Shown here: one piece after another, positions 48,629 through 57,380 of the stretch
Layout of the letters: every line of letters starts with the position of its first letter
How positions within the stretch are numbered: position 1 is the stretch's first letter
DNA from: Gemmatimonadota bacterium
Lineage (GTDB): Bacteria; Gemmatimonadota; Gemmatimonadetes; Gemmatimonadales; GWC2-71-9
Length of the DNA stretch: 64,000 nt
Direction: 5' to 3'
Assembly: GCA_025357945.1 (NCBI GenBank)
Contig: JANYLJ010000054.1
Location: forward strand, 136,607 to 200,606
The notes under the pieces: generated by a model
What the model saw: only the letters and a program-made list of their open reading frames with translations
What the model was told of the DNA's origin: nothing
Database searches by the model: none
Program-made: the position numbers and the translations under genes

Positions 48629-49639
48629 CTACCTCGCCTTCACCCACGCTGCGATATCCGCGATTACCTGTTGATCCACGTGTCCCCGCGTGGCGTAGTC
48701 CGCCGGGGACGGCGTGCCCGTGCCCGTCATGAAGAGGTGATTCAACGACGGGTAGCGGTTGACGGTGATGTCGGGCCGGGGCCCGACGACCTTGAGCCAA
48801 TCGTCCACCTGATCCGGTGCGACCTGAAAGTCCCGCATCCCCTGTAGCACCAGCACCGGTACATGCAGGTCACGCATCGTCAGGGCGGGATCGAACGCCG
48901 CGAGGTCAAGCCAGTACCTGGTCCCCGTGCCACCCATCCCCGGAATCGGGGTGTTGTCGCTGGTGTCGGCGGGCTTGAGGCCCCGCACCTTTGCGAAGAT
49001 CGGCGCAGCCGCAGCGCGCTGTGCCTTCACCTTGTCGGAGTCGGCCCCGGCGAGCGATTGGAAGTACGCGCCCTGCCGATCCATCTGGTCGATCAACTGC
49101 ACCCGAGTCGCGCCGGCCATGATGATGATCCCGGCGACCTTGCCATCAGCCTTGCCGATTCGAGGTGCGAGCATGCCACCGAGCGAATGACCAAGTTGAA
49201 AGGTGTGCCTGATATCAACCTGCGGCTGTTGACGGAGAAGCGTCAGCGCGCTCAGCGCGTCCTGAATTGATTCGTCGTACACGGTGAAATTCTTGCCGAT
49301 GTACCACGTTCCTTGCACCTTCGCGCGCTTGTCGTAGCGCAGGACGACGATCCCCCGTTGGGCAAGGCCCCACGCCAGATCCTGAAATGGCTTGTTCGGC
49401 GCCAGTGGCGGCGGCATCGTTTCGTCGCGATCACCGGCCCCCGAACCGTGCACCAGAATGACCCCCGGAAAGGGGCCCTCGCCGTCCGGGAGTGTCAACG
49501 TTCCGGGAAGCGGCACCGGGCCAGGTACGGTGATGCCGCGCTCCGTCACGCCCGCAGGCAGTGCCTGCGCCCGAAGGCTCGTCGGAATGGACGAGGTGAA
49601 TACGGCCGCGATCAACGCGGTGAGTACGCGGTGGCTCAT
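48629..49639 (-). CDS. secreted alpha/beta-hydrolase
   Basis: ORF 48629..50524 trimmed to the ATG overlapping the sdpI-like stop (ATGA). Signal peptide MSHRVLTALIAAVFTSSIPTSLRAQA. VILVHGSG, nucleophile elbow GHSLGG. Confidence 0.75.
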   Translation of the reverse strand: MSHRVLTALIAAVFTSSIPTSLRAQALPAGVTERGITVPGPVPLPGTLTLPDGEGPFPGVILVHGSGAGDRDETMPPPLAPNKPFQDLAWGLAQRGIVVLRYDKRAKVQGTWYIGKNFTVYDESIQDALSALTLLRQQPQVDIRHTFQLGHSLGGMLAPRIGKADGKVAGIIIMAGATRVQLIDQMDRQGAYFQSLAGADSDKVKAQRAAAAPIFAKVRGLKPADTSDNTPIPGMGGTGTRYWLDLAAFDPALTMRDLHVPVLVLQGMRDFQVAPDQVDDWLKVVGPRPDITVNRYPSLNHLFMTGTGTPSPADYATRGHVDQQVIADIAAWVKAR

Positions 49640-50292
49640 GACTCCCTCCCCTGTGCGTTCGGGTCGCGCTTCCACGCGAAGTAGCTCCAGATGACTGCCA
49701 CCAACGCGGTGCCGCCGACCCCGACCAACACCACGATGAACATGGCCTTGGGCGATGTGAACGACGTAACAAACACCGCGAGGCCGGCGGCGACGAACCC
49801 GTATCCCGCCAGCCGGTGCGTTTCCCGCCACGAGCGATCGCTCGACAGCGTCCATGGGGTGCGGACGCCGAAGATCCAGTTCGGTCGCACGCGCGTCAGC
49901 ACGTTGCCAAGCACCATGAACAGGACGCCAAGGCCAACGCCGATCACCGCGTTGATGTCGACCTGCCAGCCGAGGTTGAATCCGATCAGCACGACATGAA
50001 CGACGGCAAGGAATACCAGGACCGCGTTCGTCACGACCCAGTAGGCGCCGGCGTGCATCGGGAAGTTGCGACGCTTCGGGTCGAGTTGCGGCGCGTATGC
50101 CAACACGACGGCCATCACCAGCGACATGATTGGTACGAGCAGCACGAGTGCGAGGCGAGACGACCACCCGTTGATTTCGCCGTGGGCGCCCCAGTGGCTC
50201 GCCACCCGTTCGGGCAGGCGGCTCAGCATGGCGAACCCGAACACCGCCGCGCCGAGGTTGAGCAGAAGGCCTGGCCAGAGTTTGCGAATCAT
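49636..50292 (-). CDS. SdpI/DUF1648-type membrane protein
   Basis: MIRKLWPGLLLNLGAAVFGFAMLSRLPERVASHWGAHGEINGW... followed by further TM segments. ATGA overlap with the ArsR-family gene upstream. Confidence 0.6.
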   Translation of the reverse strand: MIRKLWPGLLLNLGAAVFGFAMLSRLPERVASHWGAHGEINGWSSRLALVLLVPIMSLVMAVVLAYAPQLDPKRRNFPMHAGAYWVVTNAVLVFLAVVHVVLIGFNLGWQVDINAVIGVGLGVLFMVLGNVLTRVRPNWIFGVRTPWTLSSDRSWRETHRLAGYGFVAAGLAVFVTSFTSPKAMFIVVLVGVGGTALVAVIWSYFAWKRDPNAQGRES

Positions 50293-50591
50293 GTGCCACC
50301 TCGCGAGCGGGCCTGTGGCTTCCTGGGCGCGGTGCCGCCACCGATGTCGAGCAGGTGCTGCAACACGTCCTGGAAGACCGTGGTGTTGAGCGAGTAGATG
50401 ATGTGCTGCCCCTCGCGACGCGATTGGACGAGGCCGGAATCCCGCAATACCTGCAGGTGATACGAAACCGAAGCGAATGCCATGTCGAAGTGCGCCGCGA
50501 GTTCACCGGCCGCGAGATCGCCATCCTTGAGGAGGTGGAGGATGCGGCGGCGGGTCGGGTCCGCCAGAGCGCGAAAGGTCCGATCGAGCAT
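50289..50591 (-). CDS. ArsR/SmtB-family (SdpR-like) transcriptional repressor
   Basis: FRALADPTRRRILHLLKDGDLAAGELAAHFDMAFASVSYHLQVLRDSGLV. Confidence 0.8.
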   Translation of the reverse strand: MLDRTFRALADPTRRRILHLLKDGDLAAGELAAHFDMAFASVSYHLQVLRDSGLVQSRREGQHIIYSLNTTVFQDVLQHLLDIGGGTAPRKPQARSRGGT

Positions 50592-50604
50592 AGATATTTA
50601 GATA
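50591..50604. promoter_or_regulatory. direct repeat TAGATA-tt-TAGATA overlapping the SdpR-like start codon (candidate autoregulatory site)
   Basis: Read directly. It is the only strongly AT-rich patch in this intergenic region. There is no SD upstream of the ATG. Confidence 0.2.
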
Positions 50605-50647
50605 ATCATCTCACTCTCGGCCCGCAAGCCCCTGCCCGCTGCTGCGG

Positions 50648-51622
50648 TCACGCCACGCGGTCGGGGATCGGCCTGCCATCAAAAAAAGCCGCCAGATTGT
50701 CCACCGCCCGCAGTCCCATCGCTTCGCGTGTTTCCTTGGTCGCGGAGCCGAGGTGCGGCAGCAGCACCACGTTTTCCAGCTCGAGGTAGCGCCGCTCCAG
50801 CTGTGGTTCCCCGCGATACACGTCGAGACCAGCTCCGGCGAGGTGACCGGATCGCAGCGCCGCGATGAGGGCATCGTCGACAACGACGTCACCGCGCGCC
50901 GTGTTGATGAGAAACGCACCCGGCTTCATTTGCGCCAGGCGCGCATCGTTCATCATGCCGCGCGTCGCGGGCGTACTGGGACAATGCAGCGACACCACGT
51001 CCGACTCGCCCAACAACGCTTCGAGGGTGGCACGTGGCTCGGCGCCCAACGCGGCGAGCTCGACCGGCGACGGCGGCGACGGATCGTAACAGAGCACCCG
51101 CATGCCGAAACCATGGTGCGCGCGGTGGGCGACGGCTCGCGCGACCCGTCCCATGCCGACGAGGCCGAGCGTCTTGCCGGTGACTCGCTGCCCCATCATG
51201 TGCATCGGGCGCCAGCCGGTCCAACGCCCACTGCGCAACTCGCGTTCGCCTTCGCCGGCACGACGCATCGCCATGAGCACCAGCATCATGGCGAGGTCAG
51301 CGGTGCAATCCGTGAGCACATCAGGCGTGTTGGTGACCACAATGTCGTGCGCTTGGGCGGCGGCCAAGTCGATATTGTCGTACCCGACGCCAAAGTTCGC
51401 GATGATCCTCGTCCGGAGCGGATAGGCGGCGAGCACCTCGGCCGTGACCTTGTCGGTAACCGTCGAGAGGAGGCCGTCAGCCAGACCGAGTGCGCGCTGC
51501 AGATCTTCGGGGGTGGTGGGGGCGTCGTGCGGCGACAGCGCCACGTCGAACCGCTCGCGCAGCGCCGCTTCCACTGCGGCCGGGAGCCGGCGCGTCACGA
51601 CGACCGTGGGTTGCGCGCTCAT
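50648..51622 (-). CDS. D-2-hydroxyacid dehydrogenase (glyoxylate/hydroxypyruvate reductase-like)
   Basis: ORF 50648..51940 trimmed to ATG 51620-51622 (MSAQPTVVVTRRLP...). GLVGMGRVARAVAHRA, INTARGDVVVD, PHLGSAT. Confidence 0.85.
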   Translation of the reverse strand: MSAQPTVVVTRRLPAAVEAALRERFDVALSPHDAPTTPEDLQRALGLADGLLSTVTDKVTAEVLAAYPLRTRIIANFGVGYDNIDLAAAQAHDIVVTNTPDVLTDCTADLAMMLVLMAMRRAGEGERELRSGRWTGWRPMHMMGQRVTGKTLGLVGMGRVARAVAHRAHHGFGMRVLCYDPSPPSPVELAALGAEPRATLEALLGESDVVSLHCPSTPATRGMMNDARLAQMKPGAFLINTARGDVVVDDALIAALRSGHLAGAGLDVYRGEPQLERRYLELENVVLLPHLGSATKETREAMGLRAVDNLAAFFDGRPIPDRVA

Positions 51623-51816
51623 GCCGCGAGCTTCACGGCGGAATCGGCCAGCGCCACCGAGCCGTGGTCCACCGCGGCGCGGGGCAGCGCGCGCAGGATC
51701 CGGTGCGGGGTGTTGGTCCGACCGGGAACGAACAGGTGATGGCGTCCGGGCATGACTCGTTGGGATAAAGGTGCGGGTAATATTGACCGGAAGCGCGTCA
51801 AACGTGAGAGGCAGAC

Positions 51817-53091
51817 GTGACAGGGATCGCCGAGGGCCCGGCAGTAGTGCTGCGACGTTGTTACGCGGCTGCGGTTGAAGCCGTCCAGCCGGAGGCAGCG
51901 CTGCGCGGCCCCCTGCGCGACGTCGACCCGGGCCGGTCACCGTGCTGGATCATCAGCGTGGGCAAGGCATCGCACGGGATGGCGCGAGCGATCATCGGGT
52001 GGCTGGCCGAGCACGGTCGGGCGCCGAGTGGCGGGATCGTTGTCGCCGCGGAGGGGCTACCTGCGCCACACGCTTCCCTGCAGTCGCTGGTTGGCGACCA
52101 CCCCATCCCGGGTGCCGCGTCGGCGCGCGCGGCAGTGGCCATCGCCGAACTGCTCGACGTGATCCCGGCGAATGCCGAGGTGCATGTTGCGATCTCCGGC
52201 GGTACCAGCGCTCTGATCGCCGGACCACTGCCGCAACTCCGAGCCAGCGATGTCGCGCGAACATTCGCGCTGCTGATGTCGTCGGGACTCGATATTCGCG
52301 AGATGAACGCCGTGCGCAAGCGGGTCACCCGATGGAGCGCCGGACGGTTGGCGCTGGGACTTGGCTCCCGGCGTACCCATGTCTGGGTCGTCTCCGATGT
52401 GATGGGTGACGACCTCAGCAGCATCGGATCGGGGCCCTGCACGGGTGACGCCTGGACCAGCGCGGAGGTTGGTGCGATGCTGGCTGACCGCGGGCTGCTT
52501 GCGGCACTGCCGGCTGCCGTACAGGATGCTATGAAACAGGAGACGCCAAAACCGGACGACGAATTCCTTTGTTCGATCACACCGCGCATCGTGGCGAACA
52601 ACAGCATCGCGCTCGCCGCTGCAGCAGCAGCGGCGCGGCGGCTCGGCATCAGTGCGCAGGTGACAGTAGATCCATTGCGAGGCGAAGCGGCACCGATGGG
52701 CCGCGAGATCGCGACTGCGATGCGGCACCGAGATGGCGCGCCGTGCATCAGGATCTGGGGCGGTGAAACGACCGTGACGATCATGGGCGATGCCGGGATT
52801 GGCGGCCGATCGCAAGAGCTGGCACTGGCGGCGGCGGAAGCATTGCGCGGCACGGACGGCGTGCTGCTCGCGGCCGGTACCGACGGCCGTGATGGTCCGA
52901 CGGACGCGGCCGGCGCGCTCGTCGACGGAGCCACGTGGGTCCGGATCGCCGCCGCTGGGCACGATCCCGCCGCGGACCTGTTACGTCACGACAGCTACGC
53001 GGCCCTCGACGCGGCAGGCGCCCTCGTCAAGACGGGTCCGAGCGGAACGAACGTCATGGACGTCGTGATCACGGCTACCGGGTGGCGCTGA
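51817..53091 (+). CDS. glycerate 2-kinase (DUF4147 + MOFRL; formerly annotated as TtuD hydroxypyruvate reductase)
   Basis: GTG start. SVGKASHGMA, ISGGTSAL, WGGETTV, LAAGTDGRDGPTDAAGA. Confidence 0.8.
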   Translation: MTGIAEGPAVVLRRCYAAAVEAVQPEAALRGPLRDVDPGRSPCWIISVGKASHGMARAIIGWLAEHGRAPSGGIVVAAEGLPAPHASLQSLVGDHPIPGAASARAAVAIAELLDVIPANAEVHVAISGGTSALIAGPLPQLRASDVARTFALLMSSGLDIREMNAVRKRVTRWSAGRLALGLGSRRTHVWVVSDVMGDDLSSIGSGPCTGDAWTSAEVGAMLADRGLLAALPAAVQDAMKQETPKPDDEFLCSITPRIVANNSIALAAAAAAARRLGISAQVTVDPLRGEAAPMGREIATAMRHRDGAPCIRIWGGETTVTIMGDAGIGGRSQELALAAAEALRGTDGVLLAAGTDGRDGPTDAAGALVDGATWVRIAAAGHDPAADLLRHDSYAALDAAGALVKTGPSGTNVMDVVITATGWR

Positions 53092-53473
53092 GCAGCTCCC
53101 GCATCATGATCCCGTGGGCCACCGCGACGTCCGGTGAGCGCTGGACGAACTCGAAATAGCGTTGCTGAAAATCACTTCCGACGTCGTTCGGATGGAGCAA
53201 CTCGCGCGCGGCCGCGATCAGCGCGGTCACCCGAAGCCCCGCCTCCACGGAGTCGTCGGTCATCGCTTCGTCCATCGCGGCGATGAGGGCGGTCATCGGC
53301 CGTAGCCACTGGAACCATGGGTCGTTGATTGCGAGTTGCAGGAACTCGGCATTGCCGGGCACCCGCCCGTTCATCGCTTCCCAGGCGATTCGCTCCGCAG
53401 CGAGCAGCTCGCGGTGCAATCCGAGCACTGCGTCGCGCATCGGATTGAGGCGGTCGGCAAGATCGGTGGTCAT
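53075..53473 (-). CDS. hypothetical all-helical protein
   Basis: ORF 53075..53488, ATG at 53473 preferred (MTTDLADRLNPMRDAV...). No family recognised. The 3' end overlaps the convergent glycerate kinase gene by 17 nt. Confidence 0.4.
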   Translation of the reverse strand: MTTDLADRLNPMRDAVLGLHRELLAAERIAWEAMNGRVPGNAEFLQLAINDPWFQWLRPMTALIAAMDEAMTDDSVEAGLRVTALIAAARELLHPNDVGSDFQQRYFEFVQRSPDVAVAHGIMMRELLSATR

Positions 53474-53549
53474 CGCACACCCCCCCAATGGCGTCGTCGA
53501 CAGAAGAACGTCGCGTCGCGCCCGACGGTTCCGGTGCGACCGTAACGTC

Positions 53550-54029
53550 CTATGGCCGGGTCGCCGGCTTGGCCAGTACGTAGCCCGCCCCGATCAGGAC
53601 GGTCAGGTCGACCACGCGAGCGCGATCCGGCGCGTCAATCACGACCGCCTGGCCGAGCGCCTCGATGACGCGCCCCACACCGGTGGTGTCGCCGCGCCGA
53701 ACCAGAACCTGGCTTTGTTGCCGCCCGGAAAGCGCACTGTCGGCGTTGCCGAAGTAGACGACGTCCAGGCCGGCGTGACGCAACGCCAGCATCCCGACGC
53801 GCGCGATGCCCGGCACCTTGGTGGAATTGAGCACCTCGACGGTGACCCGGTGCGGGAGTTCGGCACGTGTCGGCAGACGGCTGGCTGCCGCCGTCTGGTA
53901 GGCATGGCGCAACGCCCACGTCAGGCCGGCCGCGAGCAACAGCACGCCGCTGCCGAGCCACCAGCGAGGGCGCGCCGTCAGCCGCACACGGCGGCCCGGA
54001 ATGCGACGCTCTCGGGCGGCAGCGTCCAC
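53550..54029 (-). CDS. LytR_C (LytR/CpsA/Psr C-terminal) domain membrane-anchored protein
   Basis: TM WWLGSGVLLLAAGLTWAL, then VTVEVLNSTKVPGIARVGMLALRHAGLDVVYFGNA...VLVRRGD. The start may be a few codons downstream. Confidence 0.7.
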   Translation of the reverse strand: MDAAARERRIPGRRVRLTARPRWWLGSGVLLLAAGLTWALRHAYQTAAASRLPTRAELPHRVTVEVLNSTKVPGIARVGMLALRHAGLDVVYFGNADSALSGRQQSQVLVRRGDTTGVGRVIEALGQAVVIDAPDRARVVDLTVLIGAGYVLAKPATRP

Positions 54030-54502
54030 CCTTGGGCAATGGCGTGGTTCAGGCGACGCGTCACCACCTGGCGGAGGACACCGTCTGGATCATCGGGAAA
54101 GGCGATGGCGAGGGCGCCGCGCTCGACTCGGTCGAAGCTGCGCCCGGGCTCGAGAAAGTCGGCGCAATACAGTGCCCGACCGGTGCGCCCCCATCCTTCC
54201 CATCCCACCGAGTGCCAGCGCACAGCGCTGAGCAGATCGGCGTCGGTCTCGCCCTCGAGCTCGGCGCGTGCCGCGGCGGCCGGCCCGTGGCGCAACTCGA
54301 CCGGCCCTTCGATATCAGGAGCCCAGCGCCGCATTTCGGCCTCCGGCGCGTCGCGGAGCGCGTCGTGCAGCCACCCAGCGCGCAACCAGCGGCGCGCCTC
54401 ATCGGACGGGAGCCGGAGCGCGTCCGACCACCGACGGAGCACCGCGACGACCCGCTCGACGTGCGCTACGCGCGACGACGACACGATCGACCACGGCGGC
54501 AA
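53978..54502 (-). CDS. HD-domain protein, YqeK-like, short
   Basis: WLHDALRD, ELRHGPAAAA, AVRWHSVG, LYCADFLEPGR. The track start is TTG; GTG at 54482-54484 is an alternative. Confidence 0.55.
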   Translation of the reverse strand: MPPWSIVSSSRVAHVERVVAVLRRWSDALRLPSDEARRWLRAGWLHDALRDAPEAEMRRWAPDIEGPVELRHGPAAAARAELEGETDADLLSAVRWHSVGWEGWGRTGRALYCADFLEPGRSFDRVERGALAIAFPDDPDGVLRQVVTRRLNHAIAQGWTLPPESVAFRAAVCG

Positions 54503-54527
54503 GCTGTCACTCGACTGGCGTGACGTG

Positions 54528-55373
54528 TCAATCTCCGAAAATAACGTTGTCGATCAAACGGGTGCGACCGACCCGTGCCGCCAGGGCGACAATGGTGCCC
54601 CGGGTCACGCGCGCGACGGGTGCAAGGGCGTCTGGTTCAACGATCGCGATGTAGTCCGCGACCACTCCGGGCACGGCGGCCAGAACCTGTCCCACGAGCT
54701 GACGGAGTGCGTTGGCGTCCGACTCACCCGCGCGCCAGCGCGCCTCCGCAGCGCGGAGCGCGCGCGACAGCGCGAGTGCCGCGTCGCGTTCCGCGGGAGA
54801 GAGATAGACGTTGCGCGAACTCATCGCGAGTCCGTCGGCTTCGCGCACGATCGGCGCAAGCAAAAGGTGAATCGGAAAGTTGAACTCCCGGATCATCCGC
54901 CGGATGAGTGTCGCCTGCTGGATATCCTTCTGGCCGAAGCAGACGACGTCCGGGCCAACGATGTTGAACAGCTTCGCCACGACCGTGAGTACGCCGTCGA
55001 AGTGGCCAGGCCGAACGGCACCCTCCCAGCGCGCCGCAACCTCACCGCCCGAGAGACGCAGGTCGGCGCCGGTGCCGTATATCTCGTCGACCGTAGGTGC
55101 AAAGAGCAGGTCGACGCCGCGCTCGGCGGCCAACACGCGATCCCGCTCCAGGTCACGTGGATAGCGATCGAAGTCCTCGCCGGGCCCGAACTGCAGCGGG
55201 TTGACGAAGAGGCTCATGACCACGGTATCACTCTCGCGGCGCGCGGCATCGACAAGGCTCAGGTGCCCGGCGTGCAGGGACCCCATCGTGGGCACCAGAC
55301 CGATGCGCCGGCCCGCGCTTCGCTCGGTTGCGAGCAAGGCACGAAGCGCGGCGATCGCGGTGACTTCGCGCAT
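54528..55373 (-). CDS. panC: pantoate--beta-alanine ligase
   Basis: GLVPTMGSLHAGHLSLV, VVMSLFVNPLQFGPGEDFDRYPR, FGQKDIQQ. Confidence 0.95.
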   Translation of the reverse strand: MREVTAIAALRALLATERSAGRRIGLVPTMGSLHAGHLSLVDAARRESDTVVMSLFVNPLQFGPGEDFDRYPRDLERDRVLAAERGVDLLFAPTVDEIYGTGADLRLSGGEVAARWEGAVRPGHFDGVLTVVAKLFNIVGPDVVCFGQKDIQQATLIRRMIREFNFPIHLLLAPIVREADGLAMSSRNVYLSPAERDAALALSRALRAAEARWRAGESDANALRQLVGQVLAAVPGVVADYIAIVEPDALAPVARVTRGTIVALAARVGRTRLIDNVIFGD

Positions 55374-55377
55374 TGGC

Positions 55378-56181
55378 CTATTCGAATGAATGGGCGTCGT
55401 CGGGATACGCCCCGCTGCGTACGTCGGCGGCGAAGTGGGCGACCGCCTGCGTTACTTGGCCGGCCAGGTCGCCGTACCGCTTGAGGAACCGCGGGGAGAA
55501 TCGATCATTGAGCCCGAGCATGTCATGCAGCACGAGCACCTGGCCGTCGCAACCGTTGCCGGCGCCGATGCCGATCGTCGGGACCTGCACCATGGCGGTG
55601 ATCTCCGCAGCGAGTGCCTTCGGCACGAGTTCGAGCACGACGGCGCACACGCCGGCCGCCTCGAGTGCGACGGCGTCGTCGCGGAGGCGGCCGGCGCTCA
55701 CATCGTCACGTCCCTGCACCCGTGGCCCGAGCAGGTTGATCGACTGCGGCGTGAAGCCGAGATGGCCGATGACGGGGATACCGCGATCGACGAGCGCGCG
55801 GATGGTCGGCGCCATCGCCACGCCACCTTCCAGCTTGACCGCATGGCAGTCGGTTTCCGCGAGGACGCGCCCCGCGTTGCGCACCGCCTCCTCGACGCTC
55901 ACCTGATACGAGAGGAATGGCAGGTCGACGATCACCGGCGTATGATCGGCGCCGTGACGCACGCTGGCCGCGTGATAGATCATCTGGTCGAGCGTCGCGC
56001 TGAGCGTCGATTCCCGACCGGCGAGTACCTGGTTGAGCGAGTCGCCCACCAGGAGCAGGTCCACGCCGGCAGACTCGAGCAGGCGCGCGAAGAGTGCGTC
56101 GTAGCACGTGAGCATCACGAGCTTGCGGCCCTCGCGCTTGCGCGCGCTCAGTTCAGGCAGGGTCAGATGTCGGTCAGCCAT
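55378..56181 (-). CDS. panB: 3-methyl-2-oxobutanoate hydroxymethyltransferase
   Basis: LVMLTCYDA, LLVGDSL, AVKLEGG, GHLGFTPQS. Confidence 0.95.
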   Translation of the reverse strand: MADRHLTLPELSARKREGRKLVMLTCYDALFARLLESAGVDLLLVGDSLNQVLAGRESTLSATLDQMIYHAASVRHGADHTPVIVDLPFLSYQVSVEEAVRNAGRVLAETDCHAVKLEGGVAMAPTIRALVDRGIPVIGHLGFTPQSINLLGPRVQGRDDVSAGRLRDDAVALEAAGVCAVVLELVPKALAAEITAMVQVPTIGIGAGNGCDGQVLVLHDMLGLNDRFSPRFLKRYGDLAGQVTQAVAHFAADVRSGAYPDDAHSFE

Positions 56182-56584
56182 GCATCTCCAACGCCGCGAT
56201 CTCGCGGGCCCAGAAGACCCGATCGCGCAGGCCAGGGTGTGGCAAACTCAGTACCGGTAGATCGCAAAGCAGGTCGCCGTAGCGCACGAGGTCAAGGTCC
56301 AATGTCCGCGAGCACCACTTTGACGTCCGCACCCTTCCTGCCAGGCGCTCGATTTCATGACAGCGATGCAGCAGGATCCGCGGCGCGATGGCGGTTTCGA
56401 GCCGGAGCATCTGGTTGAGGTACGCTGGCTGGTCCAGGCCACCGAGCGGGGCCGTTTCCTCCACGACGCCGGCAGTCATCCCGCGTATGCCGGCGGTTTC
56501 CGCCAATGCGGTGCGGGCCAGCCCGAGAAAGGCGGCCCGGTCACCCAGGTTACTGCCAACGGCGATCCACGCACGTACCGACAC
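56174..56584 (-). CDS. folK: 2-amino-4-hydroxy-6-hydroxymethyldihydropteridine diphosphokinase
   Basis: GTG at 56582-56584 (1 nt after the trpA stop) preferred over the track TTG at 56599. AWIAVGSNLGD, RTLDLDLV, LPHPGLRDRVF. Confidence 0.85.
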   Translation of the reverse strand: MSVRAWIAVGSNLGDRAAFLGLARTALAETAGIRGMTAGVVEETAPLGGLDQPAYLNQMLRLETAIAPRILLHRCHEIERLAGRVRTSKWCSRTLDLDLVRYGDLLCDLPVLSLPHPGLRDRVFWAREIAALEMHG

Positions 56585-56585
56585 G

Positions 56586-57380
56586 TCACCGCTCGTCAAG
56601 CGCCGCGCGGATCCGGGCGAGGAAGCGGCCGGCGGCCGGCACGCCCTCGCGGCCCAACACGTCGACCAGGGCGCTGCCGATCACCACACCGTCGGCGAGG
56701 TCGGCGACGGTACGCGCCTGCGCCGGAGTAGACACGCCAAACCCGACCGCGATCGGCAACGGCGACACGTCGCGGACACGAGCGATCGATGCCGCGAGTT
56801 CCGTTGCCACGGTGGCCGATGCGCCGGTCACGCCCAAACGCGCGATCAGGTAGAGAAATCCCTCGGCGCCCGCGACGGCCCGCTGCATCCGATCGCGCCG
56901 GGTGGTCGGTGCCACCAGGCGGATGAGGTCGAGCGCGGACGCCTGCACCGCCGCCTCAACGGCGGGGTCGGCGCCCGATGGCAGGTCGGTCAGCAGCAAC
57001 CCGGCCACGCCCGCGGACGCGGCGTCGCGCAAGAGCCGATCGACGCCGTACCGCAGCACCGGATTGAAGTAGGTGAACAGCACCACTGGTGCCCTGAGCT
57101 GCGAATCGGCGATCAAGGCCAGCGTCCCTGCCAGCGTCATCCCGTTGGTGAGTGCCCGGAAGCTCGACGCCTGGATCGTCGGGCCGTCGGCGAGCGGGTC
57201 GCTGAACGGCACGCCGACTTCGAGAATGTCGGCGTACTCGTCGGCGACGCGAAGGGCGGCACGCGAGTCGGCGATGGTCGGGAACCCCGCCGTCAGGTAT
57301 GGCACGAGCACGGTGCGCCGCGTTGCTCGCAGCGCACCCCACGCCTCGGTCAGCCGGGACTCAGATGAAGAAGTCGCCAA
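56586..57380 (-). CDS. trpA: tryptophan synthase alpha chain
   Basis: LVPYLTAGFP, LEVGVPFSDPLADGPTIQ, GFGVSTPAQ. TTG start, overlapping the last 20 nt of the HD-GYP gene. Confidence 0.9.
   Translation of the reverse strand: MATSSSESRLTEAWGALRATRRTVLVPYLTAGFPTIADSRAALRVADEYADILEVGVPFSDPLADGPTIQASSFRALTNGMTLAGTLALIADSQLRAPVVLFTYFNPVLRYGVDRLLRDAASAGVAGLLLTDLPSGADPAVEAAVQASALDLIRLVAPTTRRDRMQRAVAGAEGFLYLIARLGVTGASATVATELAASIARVRDVSPLPIAVGFGVSTPAQARTVADLADGVVIGSALVDVLGREGVPAAGRFLARIRAALDER

Noticed and set aside
53283-55484. 733-aa plus-strand ORF
   Set aside because: It is antisense to the hypothetical protein, LytR_C, HD, panC and panB genes, all of which have clear family motifs. The sequence is low-complexity and Arg-rich. 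A mirror ORF artefact.
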